A stretch of 64,000 nt of DNA, taken from a virus. Of the stretch, positions 35,629 through 45,412 are shown one piece after another; within the stretch, counting starts at the first letter, position 1, and the number at the start of each line of letters is the position of its first letter. The notes beneath the pieces are model-generated. The model was not told the origin of the DNA. It searched no databases and saw only the letters and a program-made list of their open reading frames with translations. The position numbers and the translations under genes are program-made. The stretch is taken from positions 2,145 through 66,144 of the IMG/VR virus record IMGVR_UViG_3300038393_001851, one strand, 5' to 3'.

Positions 35629-36675
35629 ATGAGCTTGATTTATATTGACGGCTTCGACCATTACGGGACGGCCGATATCGGCAAGAAGGGCTGGGTGTTG
35701 TCCGGCCCGTCTAGCACCAGCGCGGCCAGCATCGCACCGACCGCCGGACGGCGCGGCGGCGGCGCGGTCAAGTTCACTTCGTCGCCCGATCTCCACCTGA
35801 ACAAGGCGGTCAACAACCTGTCCACCGTGACGATGGGCTTTGCCTACAAGACCACCGGCAGCGGCAACCAGGACATCCTGACCCTGAAGGACACGACGAC
35901 GCACCAGGTCACGCTGTCGGTGACCAACACCGGCCTGCTGCAGGTCTACCGGGGCAACGGCTTGTCCTTTAGCGGCAGCGGGCTGCTGGGCCAGTCGACC
36001 CAGGCGCTCCCGCTCGGCAGTTGGAATTACATCGAGCTCAAGGCCACGATCGCCCCTTCGGGGGGCGCGGTGGAGGTGCGCGTCAACGGCGCGGCTTGGA
36101 TCACGGTGGGCAGCGCGAACACGTCCAGCACCGGCACCAATCGGATCACCACCGTGGCTCTGGGCACGCGCGGCCAGGCCAACAGCGGCGGCAACGACTT
36201 CTGGTACGACGACTTCTACCTGTGCGACACGGCCGGCACGGTCAACAACACCTTCCTTGGCGACTGCCGGGTGGACACGCTGCGCCCGACCGCCAATGGT
36301 ACTTCTGCCTTTTTCACGCCGTCCAACGGCACCGGGCCGAACTGGCAACTGGTCGATGAGGCCGTGCTTGACACGACCGACTACGTGAGCGGCACCGGCG
36401 GATCGGAGATCTACCAGTTCAGCGACCTGACCGGCACCCCAAGCCAGGTGTTCGGGGTGCAGGTGGCCGCCGCCGTCGCCAAGGATGACGCGGGGACGCG
36501 TACCGTGGCCACGATGGTCTGGAACGGTGCCACCGGGAGCGCGCCCGCAGGGGTTCCGATCAGCACCGACTATGCCTACGTCATGAACGTCTGGGAGCAG
36601 ACCGCCACGAGCGGCGGCGTGGCATGGACCGTCAGCGCCGTCAATGCGGCCCAGTTTGGCGTATTTGTAAGCTGA
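35629..36675 (+). CDS. Beta-sandwich (lectin/LamG-like) virion protein, paralogue A
   Basis: MSLIYIDGFDHY...WNYIELK...DDFYLCD...NNTFLGD. Confidence 0.7.
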   Translation: MSLIYIDGFDHYGTADIGKKGWVLSGPSSTSAASIAPTAGRRGGGAVKFTSSPDLHLNKAVNNLSTVTMGFAYKTTGSGNQDILTLKDTTTHQVTLSVTNTGLLQVYRGNGLSFSGSGLLGQSTQALPLGSWNYIELKATIAPSGGAVEVRVNGAAWITVGSANTSSTGTNRITTVALGTRGQANSGGNDFWYDDFYLCDTAGTVNNTFLGDCRVDTLRPTANGTSAFFTPSNGTGPNWQLVDEAVLDTTDYVSGTGGSEIYQFSDLTGTPSQVFGVQVAAAVAKDDAGTRTVATMVWNGATGSAPAGVPISTDYAYVMNVWEQTATSGGVAWTVSAVNAAQFGVFVS

Positions 36676-36676
36676 C

Positions 36677-37711
36677 ATGACGACGGCACTGGTCGCCCAA
36701 GTCGCCACCGAGGCGCTGGTCACCTCCAGCCCCCGGCTGCAACTGGCGCAGGTGGCGCCCGAGGCGCTGGTGACGACCAGCCCCCGGCTGCAACTGGCGC
36801 AGGTGGTGGTCGAAGTATTGGTGCCCAACGACCCCCTGCTGGGCAATCTCACCCTGAGCGCCAGCGGCACCGTGGTGTGGCCGCCAGCGACCCGGGTCGG
36901 CGACGTCAGTTGCGTGCTGGGCGCCTTGACCGCCAGCGCGAGCGGCAACGTGCTGGTAACAGCCTTCTTGAGAGCGCGGGGCCGCGCCGACGACAACCCG
37001 AACCTCGGCGCGCTTACCGGCAGCGCCGTCGCCGGCACCACCGTGACGGCCAGCTTCGCCGGCACCCTGGCTGAAACGGTCGCCGCGGGCGGCAAGGTAT
37101 TGGTGCAGGCCAACGGCGCGTTGCGGCCGGGAGCCTTGGCCCTCAGTGCCACCGGGCTCGGGGGGCTGCGGGCCTTCTTCGGGGAGCCCCTCGGCATGCT
37201 GACCGCCAGCGCGAACGGCGCGGTGAAGGTCAATGCCCGCGTGGACAACAGTACCGGCGGGCGCGAACCCGTACCCATTTACGCGACCGGGCCGGTAACC
37301 AGCAGCGCCGCCGCCCGCAACGGCATCACGGCCACCTTTGCCTGCACCCTGGCCAATACGGTCAGCGGCGGGGGCAGTGTGCTGGTGCAGGCCAATGAAT
37401 CCGGCGCGTTCGGTGCGCTGGCCCTCGGCGCGGGCGCCGCCACGCGGGTCAACGCGGCGGCCAACGGGACGCTCGGCGCGCTGCGCCTGGTGGGGCCTAG
37501 CTTGGTCTTGATCGAGGTGCGTGCGCGCCTTGAACAACCCGATGGGGGGCGGCTTGGGGCACTGACGCTGGCGGGCACCGGGGGCTTGCGCGCGGCCCGA
37601 CCGCGTACCTTGCTGGTGATGGCGGCCCCCCGGCGCAGCTTTGCGCCGCGCCAGCGGGTGCGCACCTTCTTTGTTGGCCCGAACGACCGCAGGAGCACCG
37701 TCGAATGCTGA
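36677..37711 (+). CDS. Repeat-rich fibre protein
   Basis: N-terminal AQVxxEAL repeats, then LGALTxxAxG repeats. Confidence 0.65.
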   Translation: MTTALVAQVATEALVTSSPRLQLAQVAPEALVTTSPRLQLAQVVVEVLVPNDPLLGNLTLSASGTVVWPPATRVGDVSCVLGALTASASGNVLVTAFLRARGRADDNPNLGALTGSAVAGTTVTASFAGTLAETVAAGGKVLVQANGALRPGALALSATGLGGLRAFFGEPLGMLTASANGAVKVNARVDNSTGGREPVPIYATGPVTSSAAARNGITATFACTLANTVSGGGSVLVQANESGAFGALALGAGAATRVNAAANGTLGALRLVGPSLVLIEVRARLEQPDGGRLGALTLAGTGGLRAARPRTLLVMAAPRRSFAPRQRVRTFFVGPNDRRSTVEC

Positions 37712-38013
37712 TCGACCAATTCAAAATCGGCGCCGACGGGCGCGCCACCGTCTACAAGGATCCGGACGCGCTGCTTGACTACACGTTCGACTGGAGCGAC
37801 TACCTGGCAGCGCTGGGGGGGGATCGGCTGGTGGACGCGGCGTTCACCAGCAGCGCCGGGGAGCTGACCGCCACCGAGCTGCACGAAGGGATGGCGGTCG
37901 CCTGGCTGGCGGGGGGCACCACCGGCAGCACGATCGCTTTGAACTGCCGGATTACCACTGCCGGCGGGCGGGTTGATGCCTGCACCGCATTTATCAAGAT
38001 AAGGGAACGCTAA
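37705..38013 (+). CDS. Fibre-tail adaptor domain protein
   Basis: KDPDALLDYTFDWSDYL...WLAGGT.G...CRITTAGGR. Confidence 0.75.
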   Translation: MLIDQFKIGADGRATVYKDPDALLDYTFDWSDYLAALGGDRLVDAAFTSSAGELTATELHEGMAVAWLAGGTTGSTIALNCRITTAGGRVDACTAFIKIRER

Positions 38014-38735
38014 TGGCCTCGATCGTAAAAGACCCGCAGGCGGTCCTCGATTACCACATCGACTGGACCGACTACCTTGCGCCGCTGGACGATACTCTCA
38101 TCGATGCCACGTTCAGCGTCTCGGCCGGCGTCCTGCACGCCACCAGCTTTGGCGAGACCTCGGCCATCGCTTGGGTGGGAGGGGGCGAGGTGGGGCAGAC
38201 GATCGTGCTGACCTGCCACATCGTCACGGCTGGCGGGCGCACTGATGAGCGCTCGGTGTTCATCCAGGTCAAGGATTACTTGGGCTGGCACTTCTGCCCC
38301 GACGACGAAACCGGCGCGACCAGCACTGGCCCCGGTGGCTCCGGCAGCGTCGGCCAGCCGGGGCCTCCGGGGCCTCCGGGTCCGCCGGGACCTCCGGGGC
38401 CAGCCGGGAGTGCGGCCAAGCGCATCGCCACGCCTGTGTGGGCCGCCAGCATGACGCTGGACTGGAGCCTGTACGACGTGTACCGGATCACGGCCCAGGG
38501 CAATACGGCGCTGACCTTCACTGGCGGCACCGATGGCCAGACCTGCCTGATCGAGTTCACCCAGGGCGGCACCGGGACGCGCCTGATCACCTGGCCCGCC
38601 ACCGCCCGTTTTTCAACCGACCTGCCGGCGCCGATCCTGAGCACCGGGGCCGGGGTAATGGACCGGATCGGTTTTCAGGTCAACACCGTAACGAACCGTT
38701 ATGACTGCGTGGCAGTCGTGAAAGGGTACTCATGA
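38013..38735 (+). CDS. Fibre adaptor domain + collagen-like linker + tip domain
   Basis: KDPQAVLDYHIDWTDYL; (GPP)n; TQGGTG.R.ITWP. Confidence 0.75.
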   Translation: MASIVKDPQAVLDYHIDWTDYLAPLDDTLIDATFSVSAGVLHATSFGETSAIAWVGGGEVGQTIVLTCHIVTAGGRTDERSVFIQVKDYLGWHFCPDDETGATSTGPGGSGSVGQPGPPGPPGPPGPPGPAGSAAKRIATPVWAASMTLDWSLYDVYRITAQGNTALTFTGGTDGQTCLIEFTQGGTGTRLITWPATARFSTDLPAPILSTGAGVMDRIGFQVNTVTNRYDCVAVVKGYS

Positions 38736-39781
38736 GCTTGCTTTACGTCGACAGCTTCGACCATTACCAGACGTCGGATCTCAAGCTGAAATGGGATCAG
38801 ATCAACGAACCGTCCAGCGGCAGCCCGACCGTGACGATCGCGCCCACCGGGGGGCGGCGCGGGGGCGGCGCGCTGCTCATGGGGCTTCTCGGGGGCTGGG
38901 TCAAGAAAACCCTGGCGGGCAGCCCCACGACGGTGATTACCGGCGCGGCGATCAAGCTCAGCACCTTTGGCGACAGCACCGCGCCACTGATCGCTTTCGG
39001 GGGGACCGCCGATCACGTGCGGATCTGCACGCTGGCCAACGGCTCGCTCGTCGCGCAGCGCATGGTGAGCACCCCGGCCGTCCCGCAGCAGATCGGTGTG
39101 ACGAGCGCCGCAGCAGTGCCGACCAACGTGTTTTTCTATCTCGAGGTGAAGGTGACGATCAGCGACACCGGGGGCCGCGTCAAGATCCTGGTCAACGGTG
39201 CGACGGTGCTTGACCTCATCGACATCAACACGCTGGGGACGGGCGCCGGAACCGGCGTCGGTTACGTGAAGTACTTCAATGGCACTCTGCTTGCCATGCC
39301 GACGACGGTTGACGACCTGTATATCTGCGACGGCAACGGCATCAGGAACAATGACTTCTTGGGCGATATCCGCATCGACGTGTGCCGGCCGAACGACGAT
39401 GGCACTTACCGCGACTTCGTGCCCGACACCGGCACCGTCCACTACAGCCGGGTCAACGAGGCGATTGCCGATACCACCACCAGCGTCGCGTCGGCGATCG
39501 CCGGCACCAAGGACTCCTACCAGTTCAGCGACGTGACCCTGGTGGGCGGTTTTATCAAGGGGCTCCAGATCGTGAATGCCGCTCTCAAGGACGACTCAGG
39601 CCCCCGCTCGATCGCCAATCTGACCCGCTCGGGAACCGCCGAGGTGGAGTCGGCGGTGATGCCGCTTTCGACCGACCGCCGGCTGTACTCAACGATCCAG
39701 GAAACCGACCCGGCGACGGGCGGCTCCTGGACGCCGGCCGCTGTCAGCGCCGCCGAATTCGGCGTCACGGTGGTCGAGTAA
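38732..39781 (+). CDS. Beta-sandwich (lectin/LamG-like) virion protein, paralogue B
   Basis: MSLLYVDSFDHY...FFYLEVK...DDLYICD...NNDFLGD. Confidence 0.7.
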   Translation: MSLLYVDSFDHYQTSDLKLKWDQINEPSSGSPTVTIAPTGGRRGGGALLMGLLGGWVKKTLAGSPTTVITGAAIKLSTFGDSTAPLIAFGGTADHVRICTLANGSLVAQRMVSTPAVPQQIGVTSAAAVPTNVFFYLEVKVTISDTGGRVKILVNGATVLDLIDINTLGTGAGTGVGYVKYFNGTLLAMPTTVDDLYICDGNGIRNNDFLGDIRIDVCRPNDDGTYRDFVPDTGTVHYSRVNEAIADTTTSVASAIAGTKDSYQFSDVTLVGGFIKGLQIVNAALKDDSGPRSIANLTRSGTAEVESAVMPLSTDRRLYSTIQETDPATGGSWTPAAVSAAEFGVTVVE

Positions 39782-39784
39782 GCG

Positions 39785-40048
39785 ATGACCACGGCGCGCA
39801 TCTATCAGCTGGTGGTGGAAGTGCCGTCGCAGTTGGCCGCGGAGGCGACGAAGGCGCGCACCAGCCAGCTCGTGGTCGAAGTGGCCGGCCAGAAGCAGGA
39901 GCCGAAGGCAGTCACCAGCCAGTTGGTGGTGGAAGTGCCGTCGCAGTTGGCCGCGGAGGCGACGAAGGCGCGCACTAGCCAGCTCGTGGTCGAAGTCGTC
40001 AGCCGCAACGTAGCAGCCACCGCATCGTCGTATTTCATGATGTTTTAA
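39785..40048 (+). CDS. 87-aa protein of four QLVVEV repeats
   Basis: 114-nt direct repeat; QLVVEV x4. Confidence 0.7.
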   Translation: MTTARIYQLVVEVPSQLAAEATKARTSQLVVEVAGQKQEPKAVTSQLVVEVPSQLAAEATKARTSQLVVEVVSRNVAATASSYFMMF

Positions 40049-40062
40049 ATTAGGGGGAGCCG

Positions 40063-40332
40063 ATGGAGCCGGAAAAACTCGTTTTGTACGCACTGCAGGC
40101 CGTTGGCGGCGGCTTCTGTTCCGTCCTTTGGTTCAACTATCGCCTGCTGCTGGCCAAGGTGGACAGCACCGCGAACGACCTGGCGATGTACAAGATCCAC
40201 ATCGCTGAAAACTACGTGAACCAGAACGAGCTGACCAAGGCAGTCGAGTCGTTCAACCGCTCGGTCGATGGAATCATCTTCAAGCTCGGGCGCATCGAGG
40301 ACAAGTTGGACAGCAAACAGGACAAGGCTTGA
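40063..40332 (+). CDS. Small TM + coiled-coil protein
   Basis: GGGGAG RBS; hydrophobic N-terminus, AENYV, RIEDKLD. Confidence 0.7.
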   Translation: MEPEKLVLYALQAVGGGFCSVLWFNYRLLLAKVDSTANDLAMYKIHIAENYVNQNELTKAVESFNRSVDGIIFKLGRIEDKLDSKQDKA

Positions 40333-40335
40333 ATC

Positions 40336-42885
40336 ATGGCAGGCATGAAATTCGACCGCTTCCTTGGCCTGCTGCCGCGTGTCCCGCCCTCGCTGCTGCC
40401 GGGGGCGAACGCCACGATCGCGGAAAACTGCGATTTCGCCTATGGCGAGCTGCGCAACACGCGCGGCGGGCTTGAGGTCACGGATACGATGGCCAATGCC
40501 CCGGCTACGGTGTACACCGACGACGGCCTGCGCTTTTACACCTGGGACGAAGACGTGGACGTGGTGCGCTCGCCGCTCGCGCACGACATTTACGACCGGA
40601 TCTACTACACCACCGCGAGCGACTTCCGGGTGGCCCCGCGCGCGGGCATGAGTCCGAACGGGGGGCCACCGCCGGTCAGCTACCGCGTGGGCGTACCGCG
40701 CCCGAGCGTGCCGCCACGCCTGGCCCTCGGCCCGACTGCCAGCTTGACGGGCGCGACTTTCAGCTTTTCGTCGTTCTTCGACAGTGGCACCCCCGGCTCG
40801 CCCAAGATGTTTGAACAGGCTGAAACGGAGCTTGCGGGGTCTGCGGTCGGCGCATGGCGTTTTAAATGGCGCCCCAACCCGATCACCAATCACTACCCGA
40901 AACTGGACCAGTTTCCTGGCACCGGCATGGAGCACGATGCGAACAACGTGCCGGTGTTCTACAAGGACGACTCGACCGGGAAATACTATGTGTGGGTCGA
41001 TTTCCTGCTCGCGTACCTGCCCGTCGCCACCTGGTCCGAAACGGCGCAACTGATTTACCGGGTCAGGGCTGTGGCTGCGGACGGCGTGACCGTGATTTTC
41101 GACGCCTACACGCCCGGCTCCAGCTTTAACAATCCTGCCAGCGCCTACCAGTTGGCGCTCACCTCGGAGGGCATCACCCATACCACCCCATCCGGCACCA
41201 CGTGGTATGAGCCAACGATCGCGATCGTCTCGCTGACGGACCACCGTACCGGCACCGACTCTGACCAAACCCGCGTCTACGTCTACACCTATGTGAACGT
41301 CTACGGCGAGGAAAGCGCGCCTAGCTCGCCAGCGTCGATCACGGTGACGACGCTGGCGAAAGTGAGCGTCGGCCTGCACCTGGACGTGGAGGCGCTAACG
41401 CCTTACGCACCGCTGCGGGAAATTCGCATTTACCGCACCAGCGGCACGACCAGTGCCAGCTATTTTTACGCGGGCAGCGTTCCCGCGTCCGCTTTCGGCG
41501 TGGAGGCCACCTTCCTCTTGCACCTGTGCGAGGGCATAGTCAGTGCGATATACCCGGTGCTGTTCGGGCGCGTGGTGGACGCCGGGGGGCTGACATTCTG
41601 GTCAAAGACCCTCGCCCAGGGCGTCCAGCTGTCCGCTGCCATCGCCGTCATGATGAACAGCGAAGAGTACAAGAACAGCGGGCGCCAGGTCGCGCTCATC
41701 GACGTGTACCGGGCCGTGGTCACCTCGCTGTACCAACAGCTTTTCGGGCGCGCGCCGGACGCGGGGGGCCTGGCATTCTATGCAGACTCGCTCTTCAAGG
41801 GCTACTCGTTGTTCTCCACCATGCAAGCCCTGATGACCAGCGCCGAGTACGTGCATTTGCGCGGCCTGGACGGACTCGTGGTCGATTTCACGTTCGTCGA
41901 CACCAGCACTGCCAGCACGCTTAACGAACCGTTGTCGTCGACGTTCGCGGTGGCGCCGGATCCGCTGCTGGTTGGCCTGCTCAGCCTGCCCAACGGCATC
42001 CTGATGGCGTTCAAGGACAACGAACTGCACTTCTCCGATCCCTACAAGCCGTGGTCGTGGCCACCCGCGTATGTGCTGACCGTCAGCGGTCGCAACATCG
42101 TCGGCACCATCCCGAGCGGCACCGGCGCGTTGGTGACCACCACCGGCCAGCCTTTTTTCGTCTCGGGCGTGTCGCCCGACTCGATGACCCAATCGGTGAT
42201 CATGGCCGACCAGGCCGGGGTGTCCAAGTGGGCACTGGCCAATGTCGGTGATGCGATCGTGTACGCCAGCCACGACGGGCTGGTGATGGTCTCTGGCGGC
42301 CAGGCCTCGATGGCGATGTCGGAGACCTACTTCACGCGCGATACGTGGCGCAGGCGCTTCGGCCTCGGTCTGGACAGCATGCGCATGGCGGTTTGGGACG
42401 GGCGCCTGATCGTGTATTCGTCGGAGGACAAATTCCCACCGATGATGCTGTCGATCGACGAAGCAACCGGCGCCATGACCGATCTGCCGCTGCTCAAGGC
42501 CCGTTGCCATTTCGTCTCGCCGATCGCGGACCAGTGCTTTTTCGCTCTGGGCACCTCACTGTTCCAGTTCATGGCGGGAGATCCCGAGGGGCCGCTGCTC
42601 TGGCAATCGCGCGAGATCGTGCTGCCGCGCCCGATCAACCTGGGCTGCATGCAGGTGCTGTGCGTGGGCGACTGGACCGTCGAGGTGTTCGCGTATGACC
42701 GGGAAACTGGTGGCGTTTTCGAGGGCATGCAGCGCAAGCACATCCAAAGCGGGCTGAGCGGGCAGGTCACTTTTACGCTGCCAAGCGGCTTTACCAGCGA
42801 CCGCTGGCAGTTCAGGATCAGCGGCATGGGCATTTTCCGTGAACTGCGCGTTGCCACGTCGATGTTCGAACTGCGAGGGCTGTGA
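40336..42885 (+). CDS. Tail nozzle/stabilisation-like structural protein with DUF4214-like insertion
   Basis: YVYTYVN.YGEESAPS, IRIYR, LPNGI, P..WP..Y, YASHDGLV, LPSGF. Confidence 0.75.
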   Translation: MAGMKFDRFLGLLPRVPPSLLPGANATIAENCDFAYGELRNTRGGLEVTDTMANAPATVYTDDGLRFYTWDEDVDVVRSPLAHDIYDRIYYTTASDFRVAPRAGMSPNGGPPPVSYRVGVPRPSVPPRLALGPTASLTGATFSFSSFFDSGTPGSPKMFEQAETELAGSAVGAWRFKWRPNPITNHYPKLDQFPGTGMEHDANNVPVFYKDDSTGKYYVWVDFLLAYLPVATWSETAQLIYRVRAVAADGVTVIFDAYTPGSSFNNPASAYQLALTSEGITHTTPSGTTWYEPTIAIVSLTDHRTGTDSDQTRVYVYTYVNVYGEESAPSSPASITVTTLAKVSVGLHLDVEALTPYAPLREIRIYRTSGTTSASYFYAGSVPASAFGVEATFLLHLCEGIVSAIYPVLFGRVVDAGGLTFWSKTLAQGVQLSAAIAVMMNSEEYKNSGRQVALIDVYRAVVTSLYQQLFGRAPDAGGLAFYADSLFKGYSLFSTMQALMTSAEYVHLRGLDGLVVDFTFVDTSTASTLNEPLSSTFAVAPDPLLVGLLSLPNGILMAFKDNELHFSDPYKPWSWPPAYVLTVSGRNIVGTIPSGTGALVTTTGQPFFVSGVSPDSMTQSVIMADQAGVSKWALANVGDAIVYASHDGLVMVSGGQASMAMSETYFTRDTWRRRFGLGLDSMRMAVWDGRLIVYSSEDKFPPMMLSIDEATGAMTDLPLLKARCHFVSPIADQCFFALGTSLFQFMAGDPEGPLLWQSREIVLPRPINLGCMQVLCVGDWTVEVFAYDRETGGVFEGMQRKHIQSGLSGQVTFTLPSGFTSDRWQFRISGMGIFRELRVATSMFELRGL

Positions 42886-44888
42886 TGGCGAACTCCACTC
42901 AACGCCCCAAGGTCATTCCCGGTATTCCGGTCGGGGCACTGTCCGCGATCGACGACATCAACACGCGCGAAGTGCTGCGCGCGGTGGTGGACGGCCTGCA
43001 CGTGCGCAACGGCATGGTCGGCAACGGGGACGAGCGCTTCATCACGGCCAGGGAACTGAATGCTTTGCTGAAGGCGAAAGGAACACAGGTCGTCGACACC
43101 AGCCCGACCCCGGCCCCGACCCCGGCGCCGACCTCGCCCCCGTCTCAGGCGCCCAATCCGTATGTGCCGGTCACGCATACCGCGGCCGGCTCCACGCCCG
43201 GCGCCGGTATCGGCAACTGGATTGACGTCGCCTCGATGCAGGTGCCTCTGATCGCGCCGGGGCGGCTGTTCGCGTTCTCCAGCGGGCAGATCGCCTACAG
43301 CGCCGGCTGGGCCAGTGCGGCCAGCCGCTTGCTGATCGACGGCGTAGTCGTCAACACGGCCAGCGGCAGTGAGGCGTACATCAACGCGCTGCACGCCGGC
43401 TCGCTGCCGATCAGCACGGCCCGGACGGTCGTGGTCCAACTGCAGTTCGCGGGTGCCTCCGCTGCGGTCTCCATCATCAACCCGACCCTGTTCGCCACCT
43501 TGACCGGCGGCGGCGCGAGCGCGGGGGCGCTGGTCAAGGTCCTCGGCGGGCTGAGCCTGGCGTCCAGCGGGATCACCGCCGCGCTGCGGGTGGGGAACCT
43601 GTCCAGGGCACTCGGCCGGGTGACGCTCGCCAGTGCGGCGCGGGGACAGGTCAAGGCGACGGCGGCAAAGTCCCTCGGGGCGCTGCAGCTTTCGGCCGGC
43701 AACACCCGGCAGGCAACCCTCGGCAAGCTCCTCGGGGCGCTGGGCGTGACGGGCAGCGCGGCAGCGCGGGCCACGGCAAGCGCTGCCTCGACGCTCGGCC
43801 CGCTGGCCTCCCGCGCCGCTGCCTACGCGCCCACGCTGTATGTCGCCACGAACGGATCGGACAGCAACAATGGGCTCAACTCGGCCACGCCGTTCAGGAC
43901 GATCGCCAAGGCCGCATCGGTGGCCGTGGCGGGCGACGTGATTTCGGTCGCGGATGGCCAATACGACGGCGGCTTTGCGACCGGCGCGAGCGGGACCGCA
44001 AGCCAGCCGATCGTGTATTTCTCGGCCAATAAATGGGGTGCCAAGATCGTCCCCCCGAGTTCGTCGGCAACCGATGCGGGCTGGAACAATACGGGCGCGT
44101 ATGTGGTGATCGACGGGTTTGAAATCGACGGCACCAACGACCCGGCGTCGGGCACCAAGTGGCGCTTCGGCATTAATTCGACGGGCGAGGGGACGATCGT
44201 CAAAAACACGCACGTTCACCATATCGCGCTGACGGTGGCGGTGACGAGCAGCGGCGGCGCCGGGATACTGCTGGACTCGTACTACAACGGCCAGAACATG
44301 CAGGCGCTGAACAACCTGGTGCATCACGTTGGCCCGGTCGGCGGCGGCAACTGGTTCCACGGCATCTACATGACCGCCAGCGGGAAAATCCAGAACAACA
44401 TCGTGGGCAACGTGGTTGGCGGCGGCATCCACTTGTGGCATGACGCGCGCCATATCGAGGTCACCAACAACACCTGCTTCAACAACAAGATCGGCATCAT
44501 TTACGGTGGCGGCGACTTCGTGAACCTGCCGCCGCCGTGCGATTACATCATCGTGACCAACAACATCATGTGTAACAACGCGGTCAACGGCCTGTCCGAG
44601 CAGCAGGCCGACGTGGACTACGTTGGCCCAAACTGCATCATCCGCAACAACCTGGTCGACAACAGCGGCACCGCCTACTCGACGGTCATCACGACGCCGA
44701 CCGACACCTACACCGGGGATCCGTTGTTCGCCAATTACCAGGCAAACGCCAGCGGCGACTACCACATCACGCCCGGCTCGCCGGCCATCGGCCACGGCAT
44801 CGGCACCTATTCGCCGACCGCCGACTACGCGGGATCGGCGCGCGGGGGCAACGGCAGGTACGACATCGGCGCCTACGTCGGGCCGTGA
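42882..44888 (+). CDS. Tail spike/receptor-binding protein with right-handed beta-helix
   Basis: YVATNGSDSN.G....PF.TI..A, GD.I.V.DG.Y, Asn ladders, GSPAI..G...DIGAY. Confidence 0.78.
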   Translation: MMANSTQRPKVIPGIPVGALSAIDDINTREVLRAVVDGLHVRNGMVGNGDERFITARELNALLKAKGTQVVDTSPTPAPTPAPTSPPSQAPNPYVPVTHTAAGSTPGAGIGNWIDVASMQVPLIAPGRLFAFSSGQIAYSAGWASAASRLLIDGVVVNTASGSEAYINALHAGSLPISTARTVVVQLQFAGASAAVSIINPTLFATLTGGGASAGALVKVLGGLSLASSGITAALRVGNLSRALGRVTLASAARGQVKATAAKSLGALQLSAGNTRQATLGKLLGALGVTGSAAARATASAASTLGPLASRAAAYAPTLYVATNGSDSNNGLNSATPFRTIAKAASVAVAGDVISVADGQYDGGFATGASGTASQPIVYFSANKWGAKIVPPSSSATDAGWNNTGAYVVIDGFEIDGTNDPASGTKWRFGINSTGEGTIVKNTHVHHIALTVAVTSSGGAGILLDSYYNGQNMQALNNLVHHVGPVGGGNWFHGIYMTASGKIQNNIVGNVVGGGIHLWHDARHIEVTNNTCFNNKIGIIYGGGDFVNLPPPCDYIIVTNNIMCNNAVNGLSEQQADVDYVGPNCIIRNNLVDNSGTAYSTVITTPTDTYTGDPLFANYQANASGDYHITPGSPAIGHGIGTYSPTADYAGSARGGNGRYDIGAYVGP

Positions 44889-44891
44889 GGG

Positions 44892-44918
44892 GTCGAATAA
44901 TGCGCGGCGCGCTACGCT
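44892..44918 (+). promoter_or_regulatory. Late promoter motif 4
   Basis: GTCGAATAA-N12-TACGCT, ATG 5 nt downstream. Confidence 0.7.
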
Positions 44919-44923
44919 GGGGC

Positions 44924-45412
44924 ATGGACAACGAACTTGCCACCATCGACGCCGCGCTGGAAGCCTTCAAGGCGCTGCCGCCGCGCGAGCAGATCGCCAG
45001 CCTGGTCGCGGACCTGCTGGCCGACCCCGACAGTTCCCGCGAGTTCGTGGTGCGGCACAGTTTCGCCCCCGGTATGTATATCCGGGAAATGGATATCCCG
45101 GCCGGCACCCTGATGGTGGGGAAGATGCACAAGACCGAGTGCATCAACGTGTGCGCGTGCGGCGACATCGAGATCCTGACCGAGGCCGGTGTGATGCGGG
45201 TTACCCCGCCGTTCGTGGCGGTGTCGGCGCCGGGCACCATGAAGCTCGGGGTGGCGTATGCCGACACCACTTGGGTCAACATCTTCCGCACCGATGAAAC
45301 CGACCTGGCCAAGCTGGAAGCGATGCTCGCTTACGACGAGGCCGAAACGATCGCGCTGCTCGATCCGCAGCGCAAATATTTCAAGGAGCTGCCATGTCAC
45401 TGGGCTTTGTAA
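44924..45412 (+). CDS. Cupin-fold phage protein
   Basis: H.FAPGMY.RE..IPAGT...GK.HK. Confidence 0.75.
   Translation: MDNELATIDAALEAFKALPPREQIASLVADLLADPDSSREFVVRHSFAPGMYIREMDIPAGTLMVGKMHKTECINVCACGDIEILTEAGVMRVTPPFVAVSAPGTMKLGVAYADTTWVNIFRTDETDLAKLEAMLAYDEAETIALLDPQRKYFKELPCHWAL

Noticed and set aside
38357-38410. GPP collagen-like repeat as a novel feature
   Set aside because: Common in phage fibres
35629-40048. Diversity-generating retroelement or invertible tail cassette
   Set aside because: No reverse transcriptase or invertase; repeats do not differ specifically at adenines; paralogues are co-oriented and old
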